Assembly (NCBI GenBank): GCA_964291215.2
Contig: OZ219791.1
Location: forward strand, 256,001-320,000
Reading direction: 5' to 3'
DNA: 64,000 nt
Source: Alphaproteobacteria bacterium
GTDB lineage: Bacteria > Pseudomonadota > Alphaproteobacteria > MPNO01 > UBA830
The position numbers and the translations under genes are program-made. Shown here in pieces: positions 43,463 through 54,446 of the stretch (the first letter of the stretch is position 1; each line of letters starts with the position of its first letter). The notes below the pieces were generated by a model. It was not told where the DNA came from. It saw nothing but the letters and a program-made list of their open reading frames with translations, and made no database searches.

Positions 43463-45624
43463 GCGCCGTTGTCCCCGCCGGCGACCGCCGCGGTGCCGTT
43501 CTCGATCATGCAGGTGGCTTCGGTCTTCGAGAATCCGGCCTCGGCCAGGATCTCCCTGGTGTGCTCGCCGAGGTCCGGGCCTTTCAAACTGCGGGCACGC
43601 AGGTCGGTCTCCGCCATTTCGATTCACGGACACCTGACTGGTTCGCCGGCGCGTTGTGCTCCGCCGACGCCACCCGTCACGGTCTGGCTCGCGAGCTTTG
43701 CGAGCGCACCGGCTGGCGCAACGCGCCTGGTCGTCCATGCCTCTCGCGGCGGCCTGCCCGGACACGCGGGTGGTCTGCGACCGCGAGGGCGACTTCCGGG
43801 AGCTGCATGCCGTGGACGCCGGGACCGCACTGCTGGTGCGCGCGAGACAGCGCGTGCGGACGGCAACGAGGAGTGCCTGCGGGAGCATGTCGCGGCCCGT
43901 GACGGAGCTGACGGTCCCGGCGGCCCGCGCGCCCGCAAGGAGCGCGTTGTCCGTCTCGAGATCCGCACAGGTGGCGCCGCCGCACCGCGAGGGCGACGCC
44001 TGTGTCCATGTTCGCGGCCAGCGAGACGGCGACGAGGCGCTGCTGACCACCGAACGCCCGGCGCAAGCGGAGGCCGTGCACGCGGCGACCGGCTGGTACC
44101 GGACGCGCATCGAGAGCTGGTTCCGCACGCTGAAGACCCGGATCAAGGACCGCCGGCGGGCCGACGACCTGAAGAAGTGCCTCGCCGTCCATGTCCTGAC
44201 CGTCCTTGCGCGGGAGCATCCCTCGACCCCGGCGAGCGAGGTGTTTGCGGAGGAGGACATCGACCTGCTCCACACGCTGCCGGAAGCGCAGGGTCATCGC
44301 AACGTCGTGAGGATGGCGGACGGGAAGGCGCCCGACATCAGGGCGGTGGTCATCGATCTCGGACGCCTCGTCGGATCGCATCTTGCCGCGCGGCCATCGC
44401 TCCCGGGAACGAAGAAGGTCTGGCGGGGTCTCGAGCGGCGGCACTGGGCGATCCAGGTGCGCGACGCACTCGGCGAGAGAAGGCGGGAATGAGATGCCTG
44501 TACAAGTGTGGGATGTTGAAAGGGTCCGGGCCGCCCATGCGCACAGATGTCGGCGTCGTTGAAAAACGCGCGGCCGGCCGGGCCTGGCGGATGCGTCCGG
44601 CCAGCGCGTGTTCGATTTCTATGACGACGCCGTTGGCTTCCGTCTGAGGATGGGCTATCGCCTCGCGGCGTATTAGTACGGGCGCGCACGAGACATCTTC
44701 GGCTTCGAGCCGCACAAGGTACTCGTCGGTGCCCAGCGTGCGCAGCGCGTCCTGCGTCAGCTGCAGCCGTTCGTCGATGTTCTTCTGGCGCAGAGCCGGC
44801 GTGCGGAACCGCGGATCGTCGGGCCATTGCGGCCTGTTCAGCGCCCGCGCCAGCGCCGCCCATTCCCGGTCGCTCTGCACCGCGACACTGATATGGCCGT
44901 CCGCGGTCTCGTAGATCAGGTCGATGAAGCTCGCGGCCCGAGCCTGCGGAAACGGATTGTCCACGAAAGTCTGGGCAGCCATGTCGGAACCCCAGAGAAA
45001 GGCGATGATGGTATCGAGCATGGAGAGGCGGACATGCTGGCCCTCTCAGGTGCGTTCGCGTGCCAGCAAGGCGGCGGTAATCGATTGCGCGGCCGCCATT
45101 CCCGTCAGTTTGTCGGGGAGGGTCGTGCGCACCAGGCGCGGGCGTTCTCCGTCTGACCCGGCCTGGATGGTGGTCAGTCCCGAGAGGGCCTGGACCAGCG
45201 GATCGTAGACGGGCTTGGTCGCGTAGGGCCCCTCGAAACCGAATCCGCAAATCGACACGTAGATGATTCCAGACGCCGCCTCGCCGATCAGTGCTTCGCC
45301 GATGCCCATGCGCTCGGCGACGCCCGGCTGGAAATTCTGGATGAACACGTCGGCGCCAGCAGCCAGCCGCATCAACGCCGCGATGCCCTCCGGGCGCTTG
45401 AGACTGAGCACGATCGAGCGCTTGTTGCGGTTGTTGTTGAGGAAGTTTGCGGAAAACCCGTTCCACGTGTTGGTCGAGGCGCACGTGTGGTCGCCGCCGG
45501 CCGGGTTCTCGACCTTGATGACGTCCGAACCCTGATCGACCAGCAGCATCGTGGCCGATGGCCCGGAGACCATCGAGGTCACGTCGACGATCCGGACACC
45601 GTGCAGCGGTCCGTGTGCAGGCAT
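43459..45624 (-). pseudogene. CaiB/BaiF family III CoA-transferase, frameshifted and IS-interrupted
   Basis: PLHGVRIVD, DVIKVENPAGGD, NRNKRSI, YDPLVQALSG; tail LGEHTREIL lies beyond the IS. Confidence 0.88.
43581..44522 (+). mobile_element. IS4/DUF4338 element, internally deleted
   Basis: CTTTCAA...TTGAAAG ends; 9-bp TSD GGTCCGGGC; WYRTRIESWFRTLKT (YREK-like). Confidence 0.88.
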
Positions 45625-46604
45625 CACATTCTCCGTCGGTCCGCGCCGCCGTGACGGCCGGCTCGCCGGCCGGCCTCCTCGCGGAGGATGCGCGGCAGCA
45701 CACCGTAGCGCGGTGCGCCGATCATTGCCACAAGCTGCAGAAGCCCCGCTACCACGGCAATCATCCCGGCGGCGCTCAGCGAATGCGGACTGTTCCAGAG
45801 TTGCGGTCCGAACGCCGCCAGCGCGTAGCCGACAACAGCGGCGGCCGCGGCGAAGGCCGCGCTCAGCCATACCTGGCGCGAGAGCCTGTCGGTCAGCATG
45901 CGCGCGGTCGCCGGCGGGCAAACGAACATGGCGATGACGAGGATCGATCCCACCGCCTCGAATGCGGCTACCGCAGCGATGGCGGTGACGACGATCAGCG
46001 CTACCGAGATCGTGCCGACCGGAAGCCCGAGCGCAGCGGCAAGGCCGGGATCGAAAGTCGAAACGCCGAGTTCCTTGAAAAAAAGAACGACGAGGACGGC
46101 GATGAACGCCATGACGGCGGCGATGAAGACAAGCTGGCGCGGCAGTTCGCCAAGGGCGGACGGATTGACGAGATCGGCCCATTCGGTCGCTGCCAGCCAC
46201 AGGGCAGACTCGAGATTGCCGAAGAGCACATGCTCAGCGTCGAGATGCACGTTCGACGCCCCGGTCTGTTCAAGAAGCACAATTCCGACGGCGAACATGA
46301 CGGTGAACACGACACCCATCGCGGCACCCGCCTCAAGCCGTCCGATCCTGCGGATTGCTGCGATCAGCAGGGTTGTGAGCACGGCCGCGCCCATCGCGCC
46401 GAGCGTGAGCGCCGGTGCCCACATCGTCCCCGCCATGAGAAAACCGACCACTATTCCCGGCAGGACGACATGGGCGATGGCGTCGCCGAGGAGCGCTTGG
46501 CGGCGCAGGACGAGAAAATTGCCGAGAACGGCGCAGGCGATGGCAGCGCAACAGGCCAGCAACGCGGCCGGGAGGTCGATGGTCAGGAACTCCGCCTTGG
46601 TCAT
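45624..46604 (-). CDS. Mn/Zn/Fe ABC transporter permease (TroD/SitD-like)
   Basis: LVLRRQALLGDAIAHVVLPG, FDPGLA, VGSILVIAM. Confidence 0.9.
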   Translation of the reverse strand: MTKAEFLTIDLPAALLACCAAIACAVLGNFLVLRRQALLGDAIAHVVLPGIVVGFLMAGTMWAPALTLGAMGAAVLTTLLIAAIRRIGRLEAGAAMGVVFTVMFAVGIVLLEQTGASNVHLDAEHVLFGNLESALWLAATEWADLVNPSALGELPRQLVFIAAVMAFIAVLVVLFFKELGVSTFDPGLAAALGLPVGTISVALIVVTAIAAVAAFEAVGSILVIAMFVCPPATARMLTDRLSRQVWLSAAFAAAAAVVGYALAAFGPQLWNSPHSLSAAGMIAVVAGLLQLVAMIGAPRYGVLPRILREEAGRRAGRHGGADRRRM

Positions 46605-47548
46605 GTCGCCGTCCGGTCCGATCCGGGCGCGGGCGACTGCGGCGGGAGGCGGCTGCGGCGCGGAGTCCGCGCGAGAAGGCTGCGCACCGGGGAGAGAATC
46701 AGGCTGATGGCGAAGATCGCGCCAGCCGCGACGACGATCATCGATCCCGCCGGTACGTTCGGAAACACGGCCGAGGCCGTCCCCCCGATCCAGCCCGCAA
46801 GTCCGCCGAACGCGCCGGAAAGCGCGACCATGCGGCCCAACCTGTCGGTCCAGAGGTGGGCGGTGCAGGGCGGAATGATGACGAGAGCGAGGATCAGTAC
46901 CAGGCCGACGGTCCTCAGCCCGGTCACGATGACGACCAGGAGAAGGCCGAGCATGATCAAATCGATTCGCGCCACGTTCCAGCCGCTAGCGGCGGCAAAG
47001 GCCTCGTCGAACGCGACGGCGCGGAACTCCTTCAGGAGGAGCCCGACGATAGCGACAGTAGCCAGCGACGCGCAGCTGATGAACCAGGCCTCGCCGGCGC
47101 TGAGGGTTGCGGTCGAGCCGAGGAGGAAGCTGTTGAGCCCGGCCTGGCCGCCGGTCCCGAGGGCCTGGATGTGGCTGAGCAGCACGATGCCGAGACCGAA
47201 GAAGACACTGAGAACCGAGCCGATCGCGGTGTCCTCGGTGAGGCGGGTATGGTCGCGGATCCACTGGATCGCGAGGAGGCCGAGGATCCCGGTCGTGGCG
47301 GCGCCCGGGATGATGAGCGCCAGGTTCTTTCCGCTGCCGCCGAGGGCGAGACCGGCAAGGAAGCCGAGCGCGACGCCGGGGAGGGTGGCATGACTTATCG
47401 CGTCCGAAACCAGCGCCCGCCGGCGCAGGAACGGGAAGACTCCGGCGACGCCGGCGCCGATGCCGAGCGCGACGACCCCGGCCAGAACTACGGAACTGTT
47501 GTAGCCGACCGAGAAGATCAGGACCGCGAGCGTTTCGCCGGCCGGCAA
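46601..47548 (-). CDS. Mn/Zn/Fe ABC transporter permease (TroC/SitC-like)
   Basis: LRRRALVSDAISHATLPG, EDTAIG; TTG start inferred. Confidence 0.88.
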   Translation of the reverse strand: MPAGETLAVLIFSVGYNSSVVLAGVVALGIGAGVAGVFPFLRRRALVSDAISHATLPGVALGFLAGLALGGSGKNLALIIPGAATTGILGLLAIQWIRDHTRLTEDTAIGSVLSVFFGLGIVLLSHIQALGTGGQAGLNSFLLGSTATLSAGEAWFISCASLATVAIVGLLLKEFRAVAFDEAFAAASGWNVARIDLIMLGLLLVVIVTGLRTVGLVLILALVIIPPCTAHLWTDRLGRMVALSGAFGGLAGWIGGTASAVFPNVPAGSMIVVAAGAIFAISLILSPVRSLLARTPRRSRLPPQSPAPGSDRTAT

Positions 47549-47552
47549 GGTT

Positions 47553-48353
47553 TCAGATTCCGCCGACGGCCGCGCGAATTTCCGGCGCGGCGAGGCGCCC
47601 GCCATAGGCCGCCTGCAGCACGCTTTCGGTCAGCGCCTCGTCGATGTCTCCGACGGCTACCGGCCGCACGTTGAGGACGAGCGCGTGCCCGAAATACTCC
47701 CCGATTGTCTGGAGATCATGGTGAACGCAGACGACGGCGGCGCCGGCATCCCGCAGTTCGTTCATCACGTCGACGATAACCCGCTCGGTGGCGGCGTCGA
47801 TGCCCGCAAAGGGCTCGTCCATCAGATAGAGGCGGGCGTCCTGGGCAAGCGCCCGGGCAAGGAAGACGCGCTGGCGCTGGCCGCCGGAGAGCTGGCCTAT
47901 CTGGCGGCCGGCGAAGTCCGCCATGCCCATGCGGTCGAGATGTGCGCGCGCCGCCTCGCGGTGGCGCCGCCGCACCGGTCGGCACCATCCGATCCGGCGG
48001 TAGAGGCCCATGGCGACAACATCGAGCGCCGATGCGGGGAAATCCCAGTCAACGCTGCTGTGCTGCGGAACATAGGCGACATCGCCCCGCGACGGCCGCA
48101 GGTCGCGCCCGTAGACGCGGACTGTGCCGGCGAGCCGCGGAACCAGCCCGAGCACGGACCTGAGCAGCGTGGTCTTGCCGGCTCCGTTTGGCCCGATGAC
48201 CGCCGACAAGGTGCGGCCGGGCACATCGTAGTCGACGTCCCAGAGCGCCGGCGTGCCCTGGTAGGCCACGGTCAGCCCGCGGATCGAGAGCGCCGCGGGA
48301 ACAGCCGAAAGCTCCCGGACTTCGCCGCCGCCGACTGGGCGCGGCGGGTTCAT
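47553..48353 (-). CDS. Mn/Zn/Fe ABC transporter ATPase (TroB/SitB-like)
   Basis: GPNGAGKT, LSGGQRQR, MDEPFAG, VHHDL. Confidence 0.93.
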   Translation of the reverse strand: MNPPRPVGGGEVRELSAVPAALSIRGLTVAYQGTPALWDVDYDVPGRTLSAVIGPNGAGKTTLLRSVLGLVPRLAGTVRVYGRDLRPSRGDVAYVPQHSSVDWDFPASALDVVAMGLYRRIGWCRPVRRRHREAARAHLDRMGMADFAGRQIGQLSGGQRQRVFLARALAQDARLYLMDEPFAGIDAATERVIVDVMNELRDAGAAVVCVHHDLQTIGEYFGHALVLNVRPVAVGDIDEALTESVLQAAYGGRLAAPEIRAAVGGI

Positions 48354-49312
48354 GGTGCGGCCCAGCCGGCGGTCTGCCGCGAAGCAGGCCGCGCTGGCAT
48401 GACACCGCCCAGCGCGCGGACGATCGTCCGGACATTGTGATCGAACATACCGAGCCAGGTTCCCGTTTTCCGCCCGCGGGGTCCCAGGGCGTCGGAAAAC
48501 AGCGTGCCGCCGATCACGACCCGGTGCTGCCGCGCTGCTGCGCCGGCGATGAGCGCGTTGACGCTGCGCGCGGACACGCTAGTCTCGACGAACACGGCCG
48601 CGATCCGCCGGCGGGCGAGGATGTCCGCGAGTTCCTCAATGCGCCGCAGCCCGGGTTCGCTTTCCGTGCTGGCCCCCTGCACCGCGAGGACATCGATGCC
48701 GTAGGCGCGTCCGAAGTAGCCGAAGGCGTCATGCGCGGTGACCAGTGCGCGCGCGTGATCCGGGATGGAGGCCAGCGCCTCGCGGGCGCGGAGGTCGGCT
48801 TCCGACATCCGCGAGAAATACGCGTTCGCCCGGCGTCGGTAGAAGGCGGCGTTCGGCGGATCGAGCGCTGCCAGCGCGTTCACCGCCGCCCCGAGCGCGC
48901 GTTTCCAGAGCGCCGGGTTCATCCAGACATGCGGATCGTAGGCCTTTCCGCCGATCGGGATTAGGTCGCTCGGCGGCAGCGACTCGGCGATCGCAACGAC
49001 CGGTTTGCGGCGCGCAAACCGGGCCATCATATCCTCCATCTGGGCTTCCAGATGAAGGCCGTTATAGACGATCAGCCGGGCTCGGTTCAGCCGCACGATG
49101 TCCGAGCGCGTCAGCCGGTAGAGATGCGGATCAACGCCCGGCCCCATCAGCGTTTCGACCTTGGCATGGCCGCTGGCGATGCGGGCCAGGGGTTCGCCGA
49201 TCTGGCCGATCGTGGCGACCACCGTCGCCGGCATTGCCCAAGAGGCCGAAGGAGCCGCCGCCACGAAAAGCGCGACGGCGAGCGCGCCACATGTCCATCC
49301 TGCTGCTCCCAT
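48350..49312 (-). CDS. Mn/Zn/Fe ABC transporter substrate-binding protein (TroA/SitA-like)
   Basis: GVDPHLY, DPHVWM, TAHDAFGYF, LFSDALG. Confidence 0.92.
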   Translation of the reverse strand: MGAAGWTCGALAVALFVAAAPSASWAMPATVVATIGQIGEPLARIASGHAKVETLMGPGVDPHLYRLTRSDIVRLNRARLIVYNGLHLEAQMEDMMARFARRKPVVAIAESLPPSDLIPIGGKAYDPHVWMNPALWKRALGAAVNALAALDPPNAAFYRRRANAYFSRMSEADLRAREALASIPDHARALVTAHDAFGYFGRAYGIDVLAVQGASTESEPGLRRIEELADILARRRIAAVFVETSVSARSVNALIAGAAARQHRVVIGGTLFSDALGPRGRKTGTWLGMFDHNVRTIVRALGGVMPARPASRQTAGWAAP

Positions 49313-49407
49313 AGGGTCCGTCCAGCCTCGCCCAAGTCTTCGCAGCGAAGCATACGGCCCCGCGTAATCTTTGCAAGCACTAGATTATTGAATTTTAGCT
49401 AATATTC

Positions 49408-49421
49408 TTAGCATCAACTAA
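49408..49421. promoter_or_regulatory. DtxR/MntR-type operator candidate
   Basis: TTAG-CATCAA-CTAA inverted repeat in the AT-rich region upstream of the metal transporter. Confidence 0.5.
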
Positions 49422-50039
49422 CTTTTACGTGCTCGCCGCGGCCGCACGCGTGAGCGGGAAAAGCAAAAAACAGCGTAACTGCTCACCCCCTGGTTCCGGC
49501 TTGATGTCGGGGTAGAGCAACGCGGAATGGACCGGGTGCTCGTCTTGTGGGGCGGACGGCCTTGCGCGGATGGTGGCCTTCAATGTCCACCGCGTCGGCC
49601 TGCTGCTGCACGGGCAGGTCCGGCCCCAACGATGATGCGCCGCGGCGGCTCCCATCGACCTCAGCCGCGAAGCCCGCCCGGGAGCGGGAACACGTTTGCG
49701 GATTCCCGGCTGGAGGAGCCCCGATAGCGCCGCGAATGAGCAGGACTTCTGCCGGAAACCGAGGGCCGATCGAACCCGAAGTTCCGCCGGAGGGTCGGTC
49801 AAGACGATCATTCCCGCGCGGGCACGAGTTTACGGTGTCCAGTTGAAAGGCCTCGAGCGGCGTGGTGAAACCGTGACGCACGGGACGGCCGCACCGACCG
49901 GGAGCGGTTCGGTGCAGGGATCCGGGATGGGGGCGTTTCGTGGTGTCGGGCAGGCGTTCGCAGGCGCCGCTCACCCCAAGTTGGCACTTTTTGCGGCCTG
50001 GAATTTTTATCACGTTGCGCGATTTTTTTGCTCCCCACT

Positions 50040-50402
50040 TCCAGTCTGAAGTGCAACACCCCTCTGCCCCTCTCGATTCCGCCTGGGAACAGCTTCAGTT
50101 CCTTCAACATCGAGCTTATGCAACGCCTTTGTCGGCTTCAAGCCACTAATTCGTCGTCGCGCGGCATGGACCCTGCTGCACGTTGCGGCTTCGGAACGCA
50201 GATGGTCAGGGCGGTTTCACTTCAAGGTCGAACATTACCTCCGTAGGCGATCCCGGGACTTTCCGAGTGTTGAGCCGATCCTGCACCTTCTGAACATCTT
50301 CGTTGCATATCGCGCGAAAGTCCGTGCCCTTCGGGAAGTACTCCCGCACCAGGCCGTTGGTGTGCTCATTCAAGCCGCGCTCCCAAGAATGGAAAGGCGA
50401 AC
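50040..50402 (-). mobile_element. IS30-family 3' fragment
   Basis: SWERGLNEHTNGLVREYFPKGTDF; end TGTTGCACTTCAGACTGGAA. Confidence 0.75.
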
Positions 50403-51950
50403 GTATCTACTCACCCCTAGTTGGGTTCTGATTGGTCGTAGTGCTCGTTGATGATGTCTGCGGCTTTTCCGTCGAGGGCGATCTGGGTGGCGACGTGATG
50501 ATTGTAGCCGAGTGCGGCCATGGAGGTGAGGTAGCTTGAGCCCCGGCACCATGCTTTTGCGTGGAGCGGAAGCATCCGGACACCTTGACCTTTGCCATCC
50601 TGATCTTCTGTTCTCCGGCATTGTTGGTGAAGCTGACGTCGGGGTTGTCTATGAAGCGCAGGTTTTCGTGTTTCACGAGACGTTCGTGCAGGTTGTGCGC
50701 GTTTGCTATGCGTCCACGTTTTCCTTTCGTCGGGATGTCGGGCAGTTCCTTGGCGCCCTGATGGTGCGGTAGCGCTTGTGCACGGCCCGGCGTCGTTCAG
50801 GGTCTTGGATGCGCTGTTGTTGATCTTGTGGCAGACCTCGCGGAGCAGGCTCTTCATCAGTCGCGCGGTAGCCTCGACGACAAAGGTCAGTTCGCGCAGC
50901 AGGTGGCTGCCGCACAGCTGGTGGCTACACTGGCCCATGTACGAGGCCCAGGACGCCCTTGTAGCACGGGCCGATCTCTTGCCTCCCGGCCGCGCTTGCG
51001 GTGCGGGAACTTGCACGTCAGGGTCCCACGACATGAAGCCACTTACTGTTGATCCGAAATCGTCGACATCGGGCGTTGCAGGAGGTGCGCCACGGCGGCC
51101 TCCTCCCATGACGCATCGTGAAAGCATAGCTGAGGCAGGTTGCCTCGGAGAGCTTGATGCCGGAGATCGCCTGCACGAGCGCGACAGCACGGCGCAGGGA
51201 CAGCATCTGGGCGACCAGCAGGTTGATGACGAGGGCCTGGATGCCGATGCCGTACTGCACGGGATGTTGTCGGGGAACCGGCCCCGGGCCTTGCACTTCG
51301 GGCATTCCTTGATCTCGGCGCGGCGCTCGACGACCTCGAACACGATGTCGTGCGGCGCTCCCGATCGACGGGGCCGTCGATGTCAGCGCCGCAGGCGTCG
51401 CAGGCCGCGACCGTCTCCTCGACGATGGTCTTGCGCAGGTTGTCGCCCATCTGCCGGTTCGGCTTCGGGCCCTTGCTCCCGGCACGCTCTTGTCCGTCTG
51501 TGACGGCGGCAGACCGGAGTTCCGGCTCGTGCGTGGTCTTCTCCAGAAGGACGACGATGAGGATGTCGAGCAGGATGACGAAGACGCGGATCACGGCCTC
51601 TTTCGGCACCTTGCCGGCAGCGCCACGGTCTTGGCCGCTTCGAACTCCTCGCGCGCCGCGTTGACCGTCGCCATCACCCGACCTCGACGGTCATGATCGT
51701 CGCGAGCATCGCCTGGCGCTCGCCCGGCCGCATCTTCCGGTACTCCGCCGCCCGGCCTTGTGCTTCATCAGCGCGCCGCCTCCGATGGCACAGCCCGCTC
51801 GTCGCCTTCGATCCAAAGTAGCTCACTGCCGGTCCCCGTCGTTCTCGATAACCACCACTAAACGAATCGGCATGCAGTGTCAAATCTCCACGAAAACCCG
51901 TTCGTTGCTCTACCCCGACATCAAGCCGGAACCAAGGGGTGAGCAGTTAC
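50403..51950 (-). mobile_element. IS66-family MTase-carrying element, degraded copy F
   Basis: Same IRs; flanks differ (AGGCGAAC vs GTCCTGAT), so no TSD. Confidence 0.88.
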
Positions 51951-52180
51951 GTCCTGATAAACATGTTGTCTGGAGCCTTTTGTGTTGACGAGGCTTCAGA
52001 TATACCGGGTTTGGCGGCGGGATCGAGCGAATCGGCAATATTCTGGCACTACAGCGCCCACCCCGGACGCGCAATCAGAAATATAGTGGGTTCAAGAACA
52101 AGGACAACAATATATAGCATATCGAACGGAGCGGCCGCATAAATTTCCCCTTCAACTGACGCAAAAAGTGCCAACTTGGG

Positions 52181-53728
52181 TCACGCGGCCCCGGCGCGGA
52201 TATCGAGAAGGTTGCGCGCCTCGCAGGCCACGGCGATCAGGTGGACCGGGCCGTTGTGGTCGCGCCAAGTCTCCGCATAGCCCCGCTCGCGCATCTGCGC
52301 CATCGCCGCATCCAGCGCGGCGGCGCCGTCCTCCTCGCCGTCGGCCATCTTGAACCCCAGCACGAAGACCTGCCCGCCGAGACGCACCACCATGTCCGCA
52401 CGGCCGCGATGCGAGGCCTCCTCCACGCCGAGGTCCACCCCGACAGAGCGCAGGCACATGTAGAGAAGGCTCGCATACCAGGCCTCGTAGCGCGCCAGGT
52501 CGCCCCTGGCATGCCACTGGTAGGGAATGCCCGCGAGCCAGGCGCGGAGTTTCTCGCCGAAGCCCGCGAAGTCGTTCGCCTCCAGCAGCGCGCAGAGTTC
52601 CCGCCCCCTCTCCAGCGGCCCCCTTCTTGCCCAGCCAGGCGAGCAGTCCGCGGTTCAGGCTGATCCGGACCTCGAGGTTGGGATAGTCCAGCCGGTAGAG
52701 GGCGTCGAAGTCATCCTGCTCCTCCTCGGCGATGGTCAGGTAGCCGGTCTGGAAGAGCAGCGCCTCGATGTCGATGTCGCCGACATCGAACTTCGAGACC
52801 AGAGACATGTCCGCCAGCCGCCCCTCCAGTTCCATCGGGCTCACCGACTTCTCCATCAGCGTCCGGAACAGGAAGTCCGGCGATCCGGTCCCGAACCAGT
52901 AGGGGCGGAACTCGCGGCTGTCGAGCAGCAGGAGCACATCGTAGGGATTGTAGACCCGTTCCCCGCCCCGCCAGTGGTAGCCGTTGTACCAGGTGCGGAC
53001 CTTCTCGCGGTCCAGTCCTGCCAGTTCAGGGCCGAACACCCGGTCCAGATCCTCCTCGCGGTAGCCGCAGATCGTGGCAAAGCGCGGGTCGAGGCTGATG
53101 TCCTTCAGATTGTTGAGACCCGAGAACAGGCTGACCTTGGAGAACATGCTGACGCCGGTGACGAAGACGAAACGGACATGTTCGGCGCTGCCCTTGACGA
53201 TGCCGTAGAAGCCGCGCAGGTAGTCCCGGTTGGCCGTCGCAAGCTCCGGATCGTGGAGCATGTCGAGGATCGGCTTGTCGTACTCGTCCACCAGCACCAC
53301 CACCTGCCGCCCGGTGGCGCAACGCAGGTGATAGAGGACATTCTGCAAACGCTCCGGACCCGTGCTCGCGGCCGGTACCTTGTCGAGGCCGGCGCGATGT
53401 TCGATGATCGCCAACTGGTTGAGGATGTTGCGCTCGATGTCCCCGGGTTCGTTGTACTTCCCGTCGAAGCTCAGCCGCACCGCGGCGCCGACCAGTCCCA
53501 GTGGGGGTGGATGTCCAGTCCCCGGAACAGGGGTTCGTGACAGGCAAACAGCGATCCCAGCGTGTCGAGCAGCAGGCTCTTGCCGAAGCGGCGCGGACGG
53601 GACAGGAAGTAGTAGTCGCCCTGCTCGACCAGATCCCGGATGAGCGGGGTCTTGTCGACATAGTAGCTGCCGGTCTCCCGGAGGCGCCGGAAGTCCTGGA
53701 TCCCGATCGGAAGACGGCGGCGGGTCAT
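52181..53728 (-). pseudogene. AAA-ATPase-like / PD-(D/E)XK nuclease domain protein, frameshifted
   Basis: RRLPIGIQDF..YYVDKT..RPRRFGKSL, LVDEYDKP, WYNGY, QTGYLTI, GRADMVV..FKM. Confidence 0.85.
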
Positions 53729-53974
53729 CGGTCTCTCCTTTCGCGGCGCCGGCACCTGCGGCAGGGCGCGCGGAACCTTCCTTGCCGAGGCCGTCCCGGA
53801 ACAGCCGTATCGAACGCACGGCCACGCTATCCGTCTGCCTGTCCATGAGCAAGGGGCGAAGGACAGGGCCGCGACAGGGAGTGCCTGCAACCCGAAACCC
53901 CGTCAGGCCTTCAGGACTTCGGTCGACCCCGTCCGAGGGAGGAGGGGGGGAGGACGACCGGCAGGTCGCCTGCA

Positions 53975-54364
53975 GGGGTCGCTGCAGAACAGTTCCGTGC
54001 TCCGGAACGCAAAGCCGGCCAGGAACGCGTGGGCGCAGCCGTGGATCAGTTTCACCGGATAATCGCACCCGAACCCGTCCGGCGCTCCCGGTCGATCCCG
54101 ATAGAGCGCAGCGCCGGCGCCTTGTGCTTCATCAGTGCGCCGCCTCCCGGATGCGTTTCCACATACAGATCATGCGGGGGCTGGAGCCCCGAAAACAACT
54201 GGCACAGCCCGCTCGTCGCCTTCGATCCAAAGTAGCCCGCTGGCGGTCCCCGTCGTTCTCGATGACCATCACTGAACGAATCAGCCTACAGTGTCAAATC
54301 TCCACGAAAACCCGTTCGTTGCTCTACCCCGACACCAAGCCGGAACCAGGGGGTGAGCAGATAC
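53975..54364 (-). mobile_element. IS66-MTase left-end fragment with longer MTase remnant
   Basis: ALRSIGIDR..GFGCDYPVKLIHGCAHAFLAGFAF..CSDP. Confidence 0.82.
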
Positions 54365-54446
54365 TACAAAACAGCTAAAACTCCGGCCGCTGCGGTGCTA
54401 TAAGCATTCGAGGCAGGCAACACCATTCGCAAGCGGAGGCGTGGCA

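Larger units (their letters stand above)
49975..52180. mobile_element. Hollowed-out IS (family unresolved) holding an IS30 fragment and IS66 copy F
   Basis: Perfect 21-bp IR CCCAAGTTGGCACTTTTTGCG; 4-bp TSD TCAC. Confidence 0.75.
49475..54367. mobile_element. Putative composite transposon bounded by two inverted IS66 left ends
   Basis: Left end at 49475-49522; inverted left end ending 54364; AAAACAGC at 49467-49474 and 54368-54375. Confidence 0.65.

Noticed and set aside
42734-44647. Long 637-aa ORF (likewise 6913..8292, 28092..29573, 45558..47393, 54732..56048)
   Set aside because: Shadow or antisense frames in GC-rich DNA that overlap recognisable genes or IS debris and lack motifs
49523-49974. 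Possible degraded transposase fragment
   Set aside because: No motif I can assign with confidence
53860-53975. Possible structured RNA (omega/HEARO-like) upstream of the AAA-ATPase gene
   Set aside because: Only weak hairpin potential; no IscB/TnpB and no second copy for covariation
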